From NCBI GenBank assembly GCA_963826715.1, contig CAWGYA010000008.1, positions 320,001 through 384,000 on the forward strand: a stretch of DNA of 64,000 nt, read 5' to 3'. Numbering within the stretch: position 1 is the stretch's first letter; each line of letters begins with the position of its first letter. Made by a program: the position numbers and the translations under genes. The notes beneath the pieces are model-generated. The model saw only the letters and a list, made by a program, of their open reading frames with translations, was not told the DNA's origin and searched no databases. The stretch comes from Candidatus Bathyarchaeota archaeon. GTDB taxonomy: Archaea > Thermoproteota > Bathyarchaeia > Bathyarchaeales > Bathycorpusculaceae. This document shows positions 8,956 to 18,173 of the stretch, one piece after another.

Positions 8956-10104
8956 TTGGTTCCACTAATTTCAAGCCGATCCAAAACTGTTAAAGGAGCG
9001 TTAGTTTTAGACAGGTCTACTTCAAAGTCTTCCGTCGACGATCTTGATCCTCTGAGCTTTATTTTTCAATACAATCCTGAGATACTCACTCACACGTTTT
9101 TCTCTTCAGACTGCGAAGAAGTAGCAAGGCAGGAAAAGGGGCAGAGAGCTAAAGGCAAAATCGTTGAATCAATAAACTTGAACTTAGAACTCGATGCAAT
9201 CGATCCGCTTATACAACCAAATCTACACCAAGAAATTGATGAATATGGCCTTCATCCAAGCCTCGCCATTCTTGAATCAATCATGCTCTCTCAAAACGCC
9301 ACATCATCTATTGTTCTCTTTACGTGGGGTCCCAATCGGTCAATTCCTGTTTCAATAGAAAACATGAGAATTTTAGAGGAGGCTTTTGATATCAAGCTAA
9401 ACCCAATTCGGGCAAAGATTGAACTTGCTATGAGAGTACTTGATATCTCGGAATTTAGAAAAGGTTCAAAGGGTTACACCCTTTGTCTACTTCACTCAGA
9501 TCGAAGAAATTTCTTCATAAAAAAACGCGTCTACGGAAGTCCATTCAATATGTCATTTGCGACAAAAATTGTTCCTCAACACAGCTGGAAAGATTTAGTT
9601 ATACACGTTAATAAGAAAGAACAAATACGCAAAATATGCAATTACGCAAAAAATAACCCTAAAACTTCTGAAACTCGGGGCTTTGACAAACACTCTCAAC
9701 GAAAGGGTCTCAATATTCTGTTTTTAGGTCCATCTGAGTCTGGAAAAACTATGGTGGCTGAAGTCATCGCCAGTGAATTGAAACTTGATTTGTTCAAAAT
9801 TGATCTTTCGAGGGTTGTCAGTAAGTATATTGGGGAGACAGAGAAGAATCTGAATAGAATTTTTAAAGATTCAGAAGATTCTGATGCAGTTCTGTTTTTC
9901 GACGAAGCTGATGCTTTATTCGGGAAAAGTAGTGAAGCAAAAGATACTCATGACAGGTATGACAATATTGAAGTCAACTATTTGCTACATAAATTGGACG
10001 AACACCAAGGAATCGTTATTCTCGCCAGCCGGGGGAAAGTTGAGGAAGCATTCGTGAAACGGATGAATTTCATCGTAGAGTTTCCATCTCTAAACGGAAA
10101 TTAA
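8956..10104 (+). CDS. Fusion of a CIS tube-like (Afp7/tube-initiator type) domain and an Afp15/Pvc15-like AAA ATPase core
   Basis: N half: FQYNPE.LT, LELDA.D, G.HP.LA.LE, LFTWG..R..PV, EEAFD..LNPIRAK. C half: SWKDLV, GPSESGKT, IDLSRVVSKYIGETEKNL, LFFDEADALFGK, HDRYDNIEVNYLL. Confidence 0.85.
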   Translation: MVPLISSRSKTVKGALVLDRSTSKSSVDDLDPLSFIFQYNPEILTHTFFSSDCEEVARQEKGQRAKGKIVESINLNLELDAIDPLIQPNLHQEIDEYGLHPSLAILESIMLSQNATSSIVLFTWGPNRSIPVSIENMRILEEAFDIKLNPIRAKIELAMRVLDISEFRKGSKGYTLCLLHSDRRNFFIKKRVYGSPFNMSFATKIVPQHSWKDLVIHVNKKEQIRKICNYAKNNPKTSETRGFDKHSQRKGLNILFLGPSESGKTMVAEVIASELKLDLFKIDLSRVVSKYIGETEKNLNRIFKDSEDSDAVLFFDEADALFGKSSEAKDTHDRYDNIEVNYLLHKLDEHQGIVILASRGKVEEAFVKRMNFIVEFPSLNGN

Positions 10105-10185
10105 CCCTCGAGATAATTTTTCCTTAGCTAATGGGGAATTAGCCTTGCAAAATAGGACTGGGGTTTGTTGAAAAGCATGTTGAAG

Positions 10186-10259
10186 TGGACCGGGGGGGAT
10201 TTGAACCCCCGACCTCTTGAGTGCAAGTCAAGCGTTCATACCAGCTGAACTACCGGCCC
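10186..10259 (-). tRNA. tRNA-Ala(TGC)
   Basis: GGGCCGG/CCGGTCC acceptor stem with G3:U70; anticodon arm cttga-cttgcac-tcaag; T arm gggggttcaaatccccc; no encoded CCA. Confidence 0.97.
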
Positions 10260-10604
10260 GTGCTTGCCAATTGATGCATCTCTTTGATATTTAGGTTTTG
10301 CCACCAAAAATCTCAACACATGCAAAATTCAGGGGATAAACAAATAAAAAAAGAAAATTAGTCGTTAAGGTTTGTTGGTTTAGTTCGGTTTTTTGGGTGT
10401 CACGGAAGCGCTTCTCTCATCGTATTTGCCTCAGAAAACTTTCTATTGGGATCAAGTTTGAATGGAGCCGCCTTCTATATCATTGAATAGAAAACTTGTA
10501 CGAAATTTTTTGCAGCCTTGCTGGAATAGGATTATTAATAGAACCCAAGGTTGATTTTAAAACGTTATATCCCAAAATGTATCCAATATGTTGGGAGACA
10601 AAAC

Positions 10605-11090
10605 TTGGATTTAAAAACTGTTAAAATCACACCACCACCAGAATGCAACATCATTTTGGGTATGGCACATTTTATAAAAACTGCTGAAGATCTATACGAG
10701 GCTTTGGTTAATGCGGTACCTAACATTAAATTTGGTGTGGGTTTCTGTGAAAGCAGCGGACCCTGCCTTGTACGCAATGAAGACAACGATAAGGAACTAC
10801 AGCTTCTCGCGGCCGAAAAAGCCTTTGAAATCAGCTGTGGACACAGCTTCATCATCTACCTCAAAAACGCGTACCCTCTAAACGTTCTCGACAAAATCAA
10901 AAAGGTGCCTGAAGTTTGCACTATCTACGCCGCAACAGCTAATCCGCTGGAAGTGCTGGTGGCAGAAACAGAGCAAGGCAGAGGCATAATCGGCGTAATA
11001 GACGGCTACAAAAGCAAAGGCATAGAGACAGAGAACGATAAAGTGGAGCGAAGAGGCTTTCTGCGAAAAATAGGCTACAAACTCGGCTGA
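10605..11090 (+). CDS. Adenosine-specific kinase / DUF355 (COG1839) family protein
   Basis: NIILG.AHFIKT.EDLYEAL, FCESSGPCLVR, AATANP, RGIIGVIDG; probable TTG start at 10605. Confidence 0.9.
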   Translation: MDLKTVKITPPPECNIILGMAHFIKTAEDLYEALVNAVPNIKFGVGFCESSGPCLVRNEDNDKELQLLAAEKAFEISCGHSFIIYLKNAYPLNVLDKIKKVPEVCTIYAATANPLEVLVAETEQGRGIIGVIDGYKSKGIETENDKVERRGFLRKIGYKLG

Positions 11091-12076
11091 GCTGCTAATT
11101 GTTGGGCGATTATGCTTTCTAACAAGGACGGATCAATGTTTCCACCAGTAATCTCCAAAACAACTGTTTTTCCCTCAAATTCTTTACTATTTTCAAGCAG
11201 CATGGCAACACCAGCTACACCTGAGCCCTCCACTACTTGCCCTTCATATTTGCATAACAAATAGACAGCTCGTCTAATGGACTCTTCCGAAACTAACATG
11301 ACTCTGTCAACATACTGCTGAATAATAGGGAAGGTTATGGAGCCTGGCTCTATACCGCCAGATAGACCTTCAGCAATGGTTGTTGGTTCATGTCTGTGAG
11401 GGGGGATAATTCTGCCGGCTTTTATTGACTCATACATAATTGGTACAGCTCGAGACTGCACACCGATAACTTGTATTGAAGGCTTGAGTGATTTAGTGGC
11501 TATACTGATACCTGAGATCAACCCACCACCTCCAACAGGAACCACAACTACATCCGTGTCTGGTTGATCCTGAATAATTTCTAAACCCGCCGTTCCATGC
11601 CCCGCAACAATTAAAGGGTCATTGTAGGGAGAAATGTAGAGTCGTCCCTCTTCACGGGCTAACTGCTTAGCCTTCACCTCAGCCTCAGGATAAGTCTCAC
11701 CGAACAACAGAAGCTCCGCACCAAACCGCCTTATTCCTTCCACCTTAATTGTGGGCGTATTTGTTGGAACAACTATTTTTGTGGAAAAACCAAGCTTTTT
11801 TCCTCCAAAAGCTACGGCCTGCCCATGATTACCAGCAGAAGCCGTTACAACTCCACCGGCTTTTTCTTGGGGCGTTAAATTTTGAAGTTTGTTTATAACA
11901 CCCCTTATTTTAAAAGAATGTGTAACCTGCAGATTATCTAGTTTAAGATAGATCTCGGCGTGACAGAGGTCACTAAGAAAAATCGAACGCAAAAGAGGAG
12001 TATGTTTGGCATAATCGGATATTGCGACTTTTGCATTTTGAATGTCTCGAAGGTTCACCATTAATTCTTCACCCAA
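11075..12076 (-). CDS. PLP-dependent threonine/serine dehydratase
   Basis: SFKIRG lysine motif, ASAGNHGQ, VPVGGGGL, TGGNID. Confidence 0.93.
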   Translation of the reverse strand: MGEELMVNLRDIQNAKVAISDYAKHTPLLRSIFLSDLCHAEIYLKLDNLQVTHSFKIRGVINKLQNLTPQEKAGGVVTASAGNHGQAVAFGGKKLGFSTKIVVPTNTPTIKVEGIRRFGAELLLFGETYPEAEVKAKQLAREEGRLYISPYNDPLIVAGHGTAGLEIIQDQPDTDVVVVPVGGGGLISGISIATKSLKPSIQVIGVQSRAVPIMYESIKAGRIIPPHRHEPTTIAEGLSGGIEPGSITFPIIQQYVDRVMLVSEESIRRAVYLLCKYEGQVVEGSGVAGVAMLLENSKEFEGKTVVLEITGGNIDPSLLESIIAQQLAAQPSL

Positions 12077-12165
12077 AACTGTTGGCGTGTCTATTGTGAA
12101 TTAGTTACCATAAACTATTTTAGGTTACGCAAGATCAAACCTTAAAACAGGATTGTTGATATTTT

Positions 12166-13017
12166 ATGGCGTCATTAGAGAGAAACATGGCTCAACTTCA
12201 AGCTTATCGTGAACAACAAAACAAAGAAAGCCAAGAACTCAAAGAACGCATGGAAAAAATAAAACATAAAATCGCCGTTATAAGCGGCAAAGGCGGCGTA
12301 GGCAAAAGCACAGTAACTGTAAACCTCGCCACAGCATTCGCCATGAAAGGACATAAGGTCGGTATATTGGACGCCGACATCCACGGCCCAAGCGTACCAA
12401 GGCTTCTTGGTCTTGAGGGAAAACAGGTCAAAGCTACCCCCGCAGGAGCCTTCCCCGTTGAGGGACCACTAAACATGAAGGTTATGTCAATTGACTTCTT
12501 CTTAGCAGACCAAGCCCCTGCTATTTGGCGTGGACCGCTAAAGATGCGAGCTATTCGCCAATTTCTCGTTGACATCGTCTGGGGAGAACTTGATTTCTTA
12601 TTCATAGATTTGCCCCCAGGCACAGGCGATGAGCCTTTAAGTATCGCACAACTTCTGCCCGAACTTGACGGGGTCGTAATCGTTACTATGCCCTCACAGC
12701 TTTCAAGCAACATCGTAAAGAAAGCTATAACCTTTGCAGAAACTCTGCATATGCCCACCATAGGGGTTGTCGAAAATATGAGTGGCTTTATCTGCTCTCA
12801 CTGTGGCAAGAAAACCGAAATTTTCGGCTCAGGTGGAGGCGAAAAAATGTCAAAAGAAACTGGTGTAGCGTTCCTAGGCAGCATACCCATCGACCCCAAA
12901 GTCGGGGTTGACTCAGACATGGGAAAGCCATTTGTTCTCTCACAAAAGGATTCTGCTGCAACAAAAGCATTTATGGAAATTGTGGCAAAAGTCCAAAAAT
13001 ATATTCAGAACAAATAA
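12166..13017 (+). CDS. Mrp/NBP35 Fe-S cluster carrier ATPase
   Basis: SGKGGVGKS, DADIHGPS, IWRGP, DLPPGTGD, ENMS.F.C..C. Confidence 0.95.
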   Translation: MASLERNMAQLQAYREQQNKESQELKERMEKIKHKIAVISGKGGVGKSTVTVNLATAFAMKGHKVGILDADIHGPSVPRLLGLEGKQVKATPAGAFPVEGPLNMKVMSIDFFLADQAPAIWRGPLKMRAIRQFLVDIVWGELDFLFIDLPPGTGDEPLSIAQLLPELDGVVIVTMPSQLSSNIVKKAITFAETLHMPTIGVVENMSGFICSHCGKKTEIFGSGGGEKMSKETGVAFLGSIPIDPKVGVDSDMGKPFVLSQKDSAATKAFMEIVAKVQKYIQNK

Positions 13018-13070
13018 AAATTGAAAGGGTTTGAGAGCTAAACTCTCTACTTTATTTTTGGTCGTAATGG

Positions 13071-13361
13071 TTATGCTTTCGTTAGAGTAATCTCTATCGT
13101 GGAAACCATTCTAGACCTATTTTCGCCTTCTCTTGGCGGCATCTCTGCGGTTCCTATTGCGATTTTGGTGACTTTGAGGTCTTTAATGAAGCGGCTTCTG
13201 GTGATTTCAGCGACATCAACAGCTGTAGTGATTGCTTGACCTCTTGCTTTAAGGGTTATTTCTTTTTGGGACCCGGAAGAGAACGCGGTTATAATTGCGA
13301 GCACATAGCTCATGGGTGGTTTATTTCCAACAAATATTACGTCACTAGCTTTTTCAGACAT
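13071..13361 (-). CDS. albA: DNA/RNA-binding protein Alba
   Basis: VGNKPPMSYVLA, LKARGQAITTAVDVAEI, VSTIEITL. Confidence 0.97.
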   Translation of the reverse strand: MSEKASDVIFVGNKPPMSYVLAIITAFSSGSQKEITLKARGQAITTAVDVAEITRSRFIKDLKVTKIAIGTAEMPPREGENRSRMVSTIEITLTKA

Positions 13362-13711
13362 ATGTATTTCACATCTTTTTTTGTATTGTTTGTTTTGCGA
13401 TGTATTAACGTTCCGCTGTGTCCATTTTAGACCACGAAACGTTACTGTTTACTATGCAAACTTCCTTATAAAGAGGATTTCCGATTTCCAAAGCCTAAAA
13501 GCTGATTGTATGGATATTAGTTAATTTATCTATCGAAATAGCTACGTTTTAGTTGTTTTTGCTTCTCAGAATAAACTTGGTTGAAACAGCTCAATTGGCA
13601 ATCGATTGAAGTAAGTTGAAGTAACTTCGCAGTAATTTGGAGTTAAAGAAAAAACGGTATAGTTTTATATCTCATATATGAAGGGAAGAGTAAAAACTGG
13701 AGATCCATTTC

Positions 13712-14482
13712 ATGTCTGTGTCACCCAGCATTAAAGAAATCTTGGCCAGAAGAATAGCAGGAGAAATCACTCTATCAAGCAGACCAGGCACGGCTATGCG
13801 GAAATGGCGGGAACTCTTTGCGGTCTCCCAAATAAACCTCTCTCAAGCCATGGGATTATCCTCTTCTGTCGTCAGCGACTATGAAAGCGGCAGGCGAAAA
13901 AGCCCCGGAGCCAAATTCATCCGTCGATTCGTGTTGTCATTACTGCTGATTGATGAACAGAAAGGCAGCCGCTTCATCCGCGAATTTTCTAAACTTACCA
14001 GTTCACCTAGCATGGCAGTAGTGGATTTACGTGAATTCCCAATACCTGTACGTGCCGAATATTTATGCAAGGCAATCAGTGGCGAAGTGGTAGCTTGCAA
14101 AGACAAATACATCAAAGAAGTTAACGGCTACACAGTTATTGATAGTCGAAAAGCAGTTGAAGCTTACTCTGGACTTGAGTATGCACAGCTTTTCGGCGCC
14201 TCGACGGATCGAGTATTGGTTTTCACCAATGTTGACGTTGGAAGTCTTCCGATGATGATTGTACGAGTCAGCAATCTCAAACCTCGCATAGTAGTTTTCC
14301 ACAAAACACCACCTGATGAAGAAGCTATGCGTATAGCCGAATACGAACAGATACCGATCATCTACTCATCTGCACCTACCGTAGAGTATCTAGTTAAGGC
14401 ACTACGAAAACTCTACCGCATTGCATTACGGGTTAAGTTAGGTAGAAAACGGGTGCGTCCGCCACCACAAATTACTGCTTGA
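13712..14482 (+). CDS. XRE-HTH transcriptional regulator (archaeal COG1709 type)
   Basis: IAGEITLS..PG...RKWRELF, SVVSDYESGRRKSPG, GYTVIDS. Confidence 0.88.
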   Translation: MSVSPSIKEILARRIAGEITLSSRPGTAMRKWRELFAVSQINLSQAMGLSSSVVSDYESGRRKSPGAKFIRRFVLSLLLIDEQKGSRFIREFSKLTSSPSMAVVDLREFPIPVRAEYLCKAISGEVVACKDKYIKEVNGYTVIDSRKAVEAYSGLEYAQLFGASTDRVLVFTNVDVGSLPMMIVRVSNLKPRIVVFHKTPPDEEAMRIAEYEQIPIIYSSAPTVEYLVKALRKLYRIALRVKLGRKRVRPPPQITA

Positions 14483-14691
14483 GCTTTTTTCTTTTCGACA
14501 AAACTTCCACAAAACCATCATCTATGCACTTCACGCAAATAAGTTGATGCTGTTAAGCTCAACATGTCTTAAATTTAGAAAACAGGAGGAATCATCCAAA
14601 AATAGGACTTAATTCAAAAAACACTACTTTTTAAAAGCACAAATAAAGAGAAAAGATGTTAGAGGAGAAACTCGGTGAAATAGATAGTTAG

Positions 14692-14760
14692 CTATTTCTT
14701 TCCAGTTTTTTCTTCATGCTTCTTCTTTTTGGCTGCGTTCTTTTTGGCTAACGAAGGCAT
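14692..14760 (-). CDS. Putative 22-aa lysine-rich micro-protein
   Basis: MPSLAKKNAAKKKKHEEKTGKK*, with a purine-rich gtgggg SD-like element upstream and a T-rich tract downstream. Confidence 0.4.
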   Translation of the reverse strand: MPSLAKKNAAKKKKHEEKTGKK

Positions 14761-15045
14761 AATCTTAACCCCACTTCAATCCTTGATATGAATTACGCAG
14801 CATGCACCCTAAAAGCTTAACTCTTTAACAGTTCTATAAAACTGTAATAATTTGCTGTCCAATTATAATTTGATTTTTTTATTCTATTTCTCACTAAAAC
14901 CACGCACTAAGTGTAAAAATTTTTGCATAGTAAGAATAAAAAACTGGTTTAAAAAATAAACGGAACCTGCAGAGCTAATTGAGGTGCTGATACTTCAATT
15001 AAGCTAATATAATTGTTCCACAGTGCTAAAGCATGTTAGCGTACC

Positions 15046-15492
15046 GTGGAGAGAGTTAGATTGGATGAAATTTTAGAGATACTGGACAAAACTTCCAAGC
15101 GATTCAAGAAAACAGTTGAGCAAACCAAAGAAAACATCTGGAAACAAGCAGCCAAATATGAGCAGCTTCAGCAGTCACCTGAAGCCTCAGAGGATCAGAA
15201 AATAAAAGCTTTCATAAAAAAAACCTTTGAACTAGACCGATTAGAATGGCTGAATTCGCAATTAAGCCTGATATATTCTCTTCAGATTTTCGCCTTCAAA
15301 GTCAAGGTACTCGAGGTTTCTGTGGATAAAATTAATGATGAATTGATAAAGTCTGACGTACTAAAAAGTGGCGAAGAGTTGGAGGGCATCAAAAAGAACA
15401 TTGACGCTCTCAAAATCCTTATGGAAGCCCAGTACGAGTCAATGAAGGAAATTAACGAGTCACAAAACAAAAACTTGGGATATATTCATTAG
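15046..15492 (+). CDS. Coiled-coil hypothetical protein
   Basis: 148-aa charged helical ORF. Confidence 0.7.
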   Translation: MERVRLDEILEILDKTSKRFKKTVEQTKENIWKQAAKYEQLQQSPEASEDQKIKAFIKKTFELDRLEWLNSQLSLIYSLQIFAFKVKVLEVSVDKINDELIKSDVLKSGEELEGIKKNIDALKILMEAQYESMKEINESQNKNLGYIH

Positions 15493-15514
15493 AAATTAAG
15501 ATAATAAAAAAGGC

Positions 15515-15560
15515 AGCTTGGGCCATTCAACCTTAGGGTTGACCGCCTACAGCTTTTTAT
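15515..15560. terminator. Hairpin between convergent genes
   Basis: tcaacc-ttag-ggttga stem within ggc/gcc and agct/agct, flanked by A and T runs. Confidence 0.35.
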
Positions 15561-16481
15561 TTAGAATAATTTTTCCCAGCTTGTAACTAGGTCTAGGACT
15601 TCTTGTCCAGCTTTTCCGCCGTAGCTCTTTAAGCGTTCCCGAGTGTCTTTCTCTGCAATTGCTTTCTTCTGGAATTCTTGCATCTGAGCTGCTTTGTCTG
15701 TGAGGTATAGGATGCCGTCAACACCTGCTCGCGCCATTCGAACGGACACGGTAAGGAGTTCACTTGCTGTGGGTGTTTCTCTTGGATCGTCTCCGGGACC
15801 GATAACATAGAGTGCAATGTTTAACTTGACGTCTTTAAAGAGTTTCTTGAAGTTACGGGTGAGCATTTCCCAATACCAGGGGGTAGCGTAGTTTTTGCTG
15901 AACATAACGACGAGAAATTCGTCGGTTAGTGGGTTGAGGTCATCAAAGTTAACGCCGAAGCGTTCATAGTTGGTGACTGGGTCTGGTAGGACACCAATGT
16001 AGAGTGGTTTCTTTGCTTTGTTGCGTACGCGATCGCTTGTTGCTGTCATGTAGTCTGTGACTTCTTTGCGTCTCCATTCATACCAGGATAAACCGCTTTT
16101 TGCGTGTAGATCTTTACAGCGTGGGCATATGCAGTGGTGGTGTTCAGCGAAGTGTATGCTATTTAGCCAGACACCCTGGCTTTTACGTGCGACATCTTCC
16201 ATGTAGTCTAGTTGTTCTGCTCTGTGTTCTGGTTGGGTTGCGCAGAGAACTTCCCATCGGACGTTGAAGTTGTCATTTGTTCTCCAAGCTGGACCAAGGT
16301 CTGATTGGCTGATCCAGTCTGGATGTAGGCGCGCCGTTACGTTGTCTCCGAAGATTGCAACGTTGCTGTGCATGTCAGCTTTGGGGGGCATTCGTCTGCC
16401 GACTTCAGGTTTTACCCGGAAAAGGTCAAAGTCGAAGCCTGGAACTTTCTTTGCTTCAAACATGTATGTGCCGAATTTCAT
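15561..16481 (-). CDS. Hypothetical TIM-barrel protein, glycoside-hydrolase-like, with a CxCxxC motif
   Basis: HPDW, LC...PE.R, CICPRC, W.EWRR..VT pattern as in GHL10-like proteins; no signal peptide. Confidence 0.55.
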   Translation of the reverse strand: MKFGTYMFEAKKVPGFDFDLFRVKPEVGRRMPPKADMHSNVAIFGDNVTARLHPDWISQSDLGPAWRTNDNFNVRWEVLCATQPEHRAEQLDYMEDVARKSQGVWLNSIHFAEHHHCICPRCKDLHAKSGLSWYEWRRKEVTDYMTATSDRVRNKAKKPLYIGVLPDPVTNYERFGVNFDDLNPLTDEFLVVMFSKNYATPWYWEMLTRNFKKLFKDVKLNIALYVIGPGDDPRETPTASELLTVSVRMARAGVDGILYLTDKAAQMQEFQKKAIAEKDTRERLKSYGGKAGQEVLDLVTSWEKLF

Positions 16482-16730
16482 TTGCTTTTACCTTTTTAGA
16501 AACTCAAAACGCTCGGCGCTGTTATAAAGTTTTGCATAATAAGCCCAAGTTTGGTTGCAAAGTCTAAAAACGATGTTAAGTGATTACCCAAAATCAGTTA
16601 CCAAAGAACTTCCCATAAAGAATCAGGTTGGTTGTAAAACCGGATTTACAATACTGAAAAGTCAACTTGGCTTTTGATCAGAAAAAAAGATAAATTCCAT
16701 TTAATGGAAAGAATAGGGAAGATTTTAACC

Positions 16731-18173
16731 CTATTTTTTGTTGGTCAAGTATTCATGCATTGCTTTGGCTGCGCGTTTACCAGCGCCCATTGCGCTGATA
16801 ACAGTAGCCGCACCTGTAGCGACATCTCCGCCCGCATAAACCCCATCCAAACTTGTTTTGCCTACATCATTAACACAGATAGTACCGTGTCTTGGGTCGC
16901 TCTGTAAGCCTTCAGTTGTGCGTTGGATAATTGGATTGGGAGTTTGTCCGATAGCGATGATAACAGTATCGGTATCCATAACGAATTCGCTGCCAGGAAT
17001 CGTTTTAACTCCACGTCGACCCTTAGCATCCGGTTCAGTCAACTCCATAACGATACATTTCATGGCTTTAACCCAGCCTTTGTCGTCACCATAAAATTCC
17101 AAAGGAGACGCTAAGAACTTGCAGACCAAACCCTCTTCTTCAGCGTTCTCTATTTCCTCTTGACGAGCGGGCAATTCTTCACGTCCACGTCTATAAAGCA
17201 GACAAACATTAGCGCCTAGACGCATACTACTTCTTGCGCAATCCATAGCAACGTTGCCGCCGCCGATCACTACAACCTTTTTACCTATGCGAATGGGAGT
17301 GTCATATTCAGGAAATTTGAAGGCTTTCATCAGGTTGACACGTATAAGAAATTCGTTGGCACTATAGACACCACTAAAGTTCTCCCCTGGAACACCGGTA
17401 AATTGGGGTAGGCCTGCACCGCTGCCGATAAAAACCGCGTCATAACCATTTTTCATGAGTTCAGGGATAGTGTGAATTCTGCCTACCAAGTTTCCTAATC
17501 GTAAATCTACACCAAGATTCTGAACGTAGTTAACTTCGTTTTGCACGATAGCTTTGGGCAATCGGAATTCAGGAATACCATATGAGAGCACCCCACCGCC
17601 AACGTGGAGAGCTTCGAACATAGTGATTTCGTGCCCGAGCTTAACAAGATCTGCCGCAACGGTTAATCCTGCTGGTCCAGCACCGACAACAGCGACTTTT
17701 TTACCAGTCGGCTTTGCCTTTGGTGGGAGATGTGATCCATTTTTCAGTTCCCAATCCGCTAGAAACCGTTCTAGCCGTCCAATGCCCACTGGTTCGCCCA
17801 TTCGACCGATAACACATTTGGCTTGACACTGCACTTCCTGCGGGCATACACGTCCGCAGACAGCCGGTAATGCATTTTTACTTTTAATAACTTGAATGCC
17901 CTCAGCATAATTCTTGTCTTTGATACATTTGATGAATTGTGGAATTGGAACCTCTACGGGGCAGCCACTTCTACAAAGCGGGTTGGGACATTGCAAGCAA
18001 CGGTTAGCTTCTTCTAGCGCTTGCTCTTCCGTGTAGCCTAATGCAACTTCATCAAAATTTTTAGCCCTCACATGAGGCTCTTGCTTTGCCATTTCTACAG
18101 ATTTCTTACTCAATTTGGGTCTAGGCTTTGTTTCTACCACACTTACAACCTCCATGTATTTCTGCGAGCACAC
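16731..18173 (-). CDS. NfnB/SudA-like flavo-iron-sulfur oxidoreductase (GltD family)
   Basis: RCLQC..P.C..GCP, CGRVCPQEVQC, GAGPAG, YGIPEFRLP, GGGNVAMD, GDVATGAATVI. Confidence 0.93.
   Translation of the reverse strand: MCSQKYMEVVSVVETKPRPKLSKKSVEMAKQEPHVRAKNFDEVALGYTEEQALEEANRCLQCPNPLCRSGCPVEVPIPQFIKCIKDKNYAEGIQVIKSKNALPAVCGRVCPQEVQCQAKCVIGRMGEPVGIGRLERFLADWELKNGSHLPPKAKPTGKKVAVVGAGPAGLTVAADLVKLGHEITMFEALHVGGGVLSYGIPEFRLPKAIVQNEVNYVQNLGVDLRLGNLVGRIHTIPELMKNGYDAVFIGSGAGLPQFTGVPGENFSGVYSANEFLIRVNLMKAFKFPEYDTPIRIGKKVVVIGGGNVAMDCARSSMRLGANVCLLYRRGREELPARQEEIENAEEEGLVCKFLASPLEFYGDDKGWVKAMKCIVMELTEPDAKGRRGVKTIPGSEFVMDTDTVIIAIGQTPNPIIQRTTEGLQSDPRHGTICVNDVGKTSLDGVYAGGDVATGAATVISAMGAGKRAAKAMHEYLTNKK

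Larger units (their letters stand above)
6997..10208. mobile_element. tRNA-Ala-integrated islet carrying a minimal contractile-tail/CIS module, no integrase
   Basis: Flanked by near-identical direct repeats of about 36 bp that overlap the tRNA 3' end; the cargo is three tail-related genes. Confidence 0.8.

Noticed and set aside
7093-10104. Calling the tail genes a prophage or a complete eCIS/T6SS
   Set aside because: No capsid, terminase, portal, integrase, baseplate, spike or cap gene is recognisable in the window.
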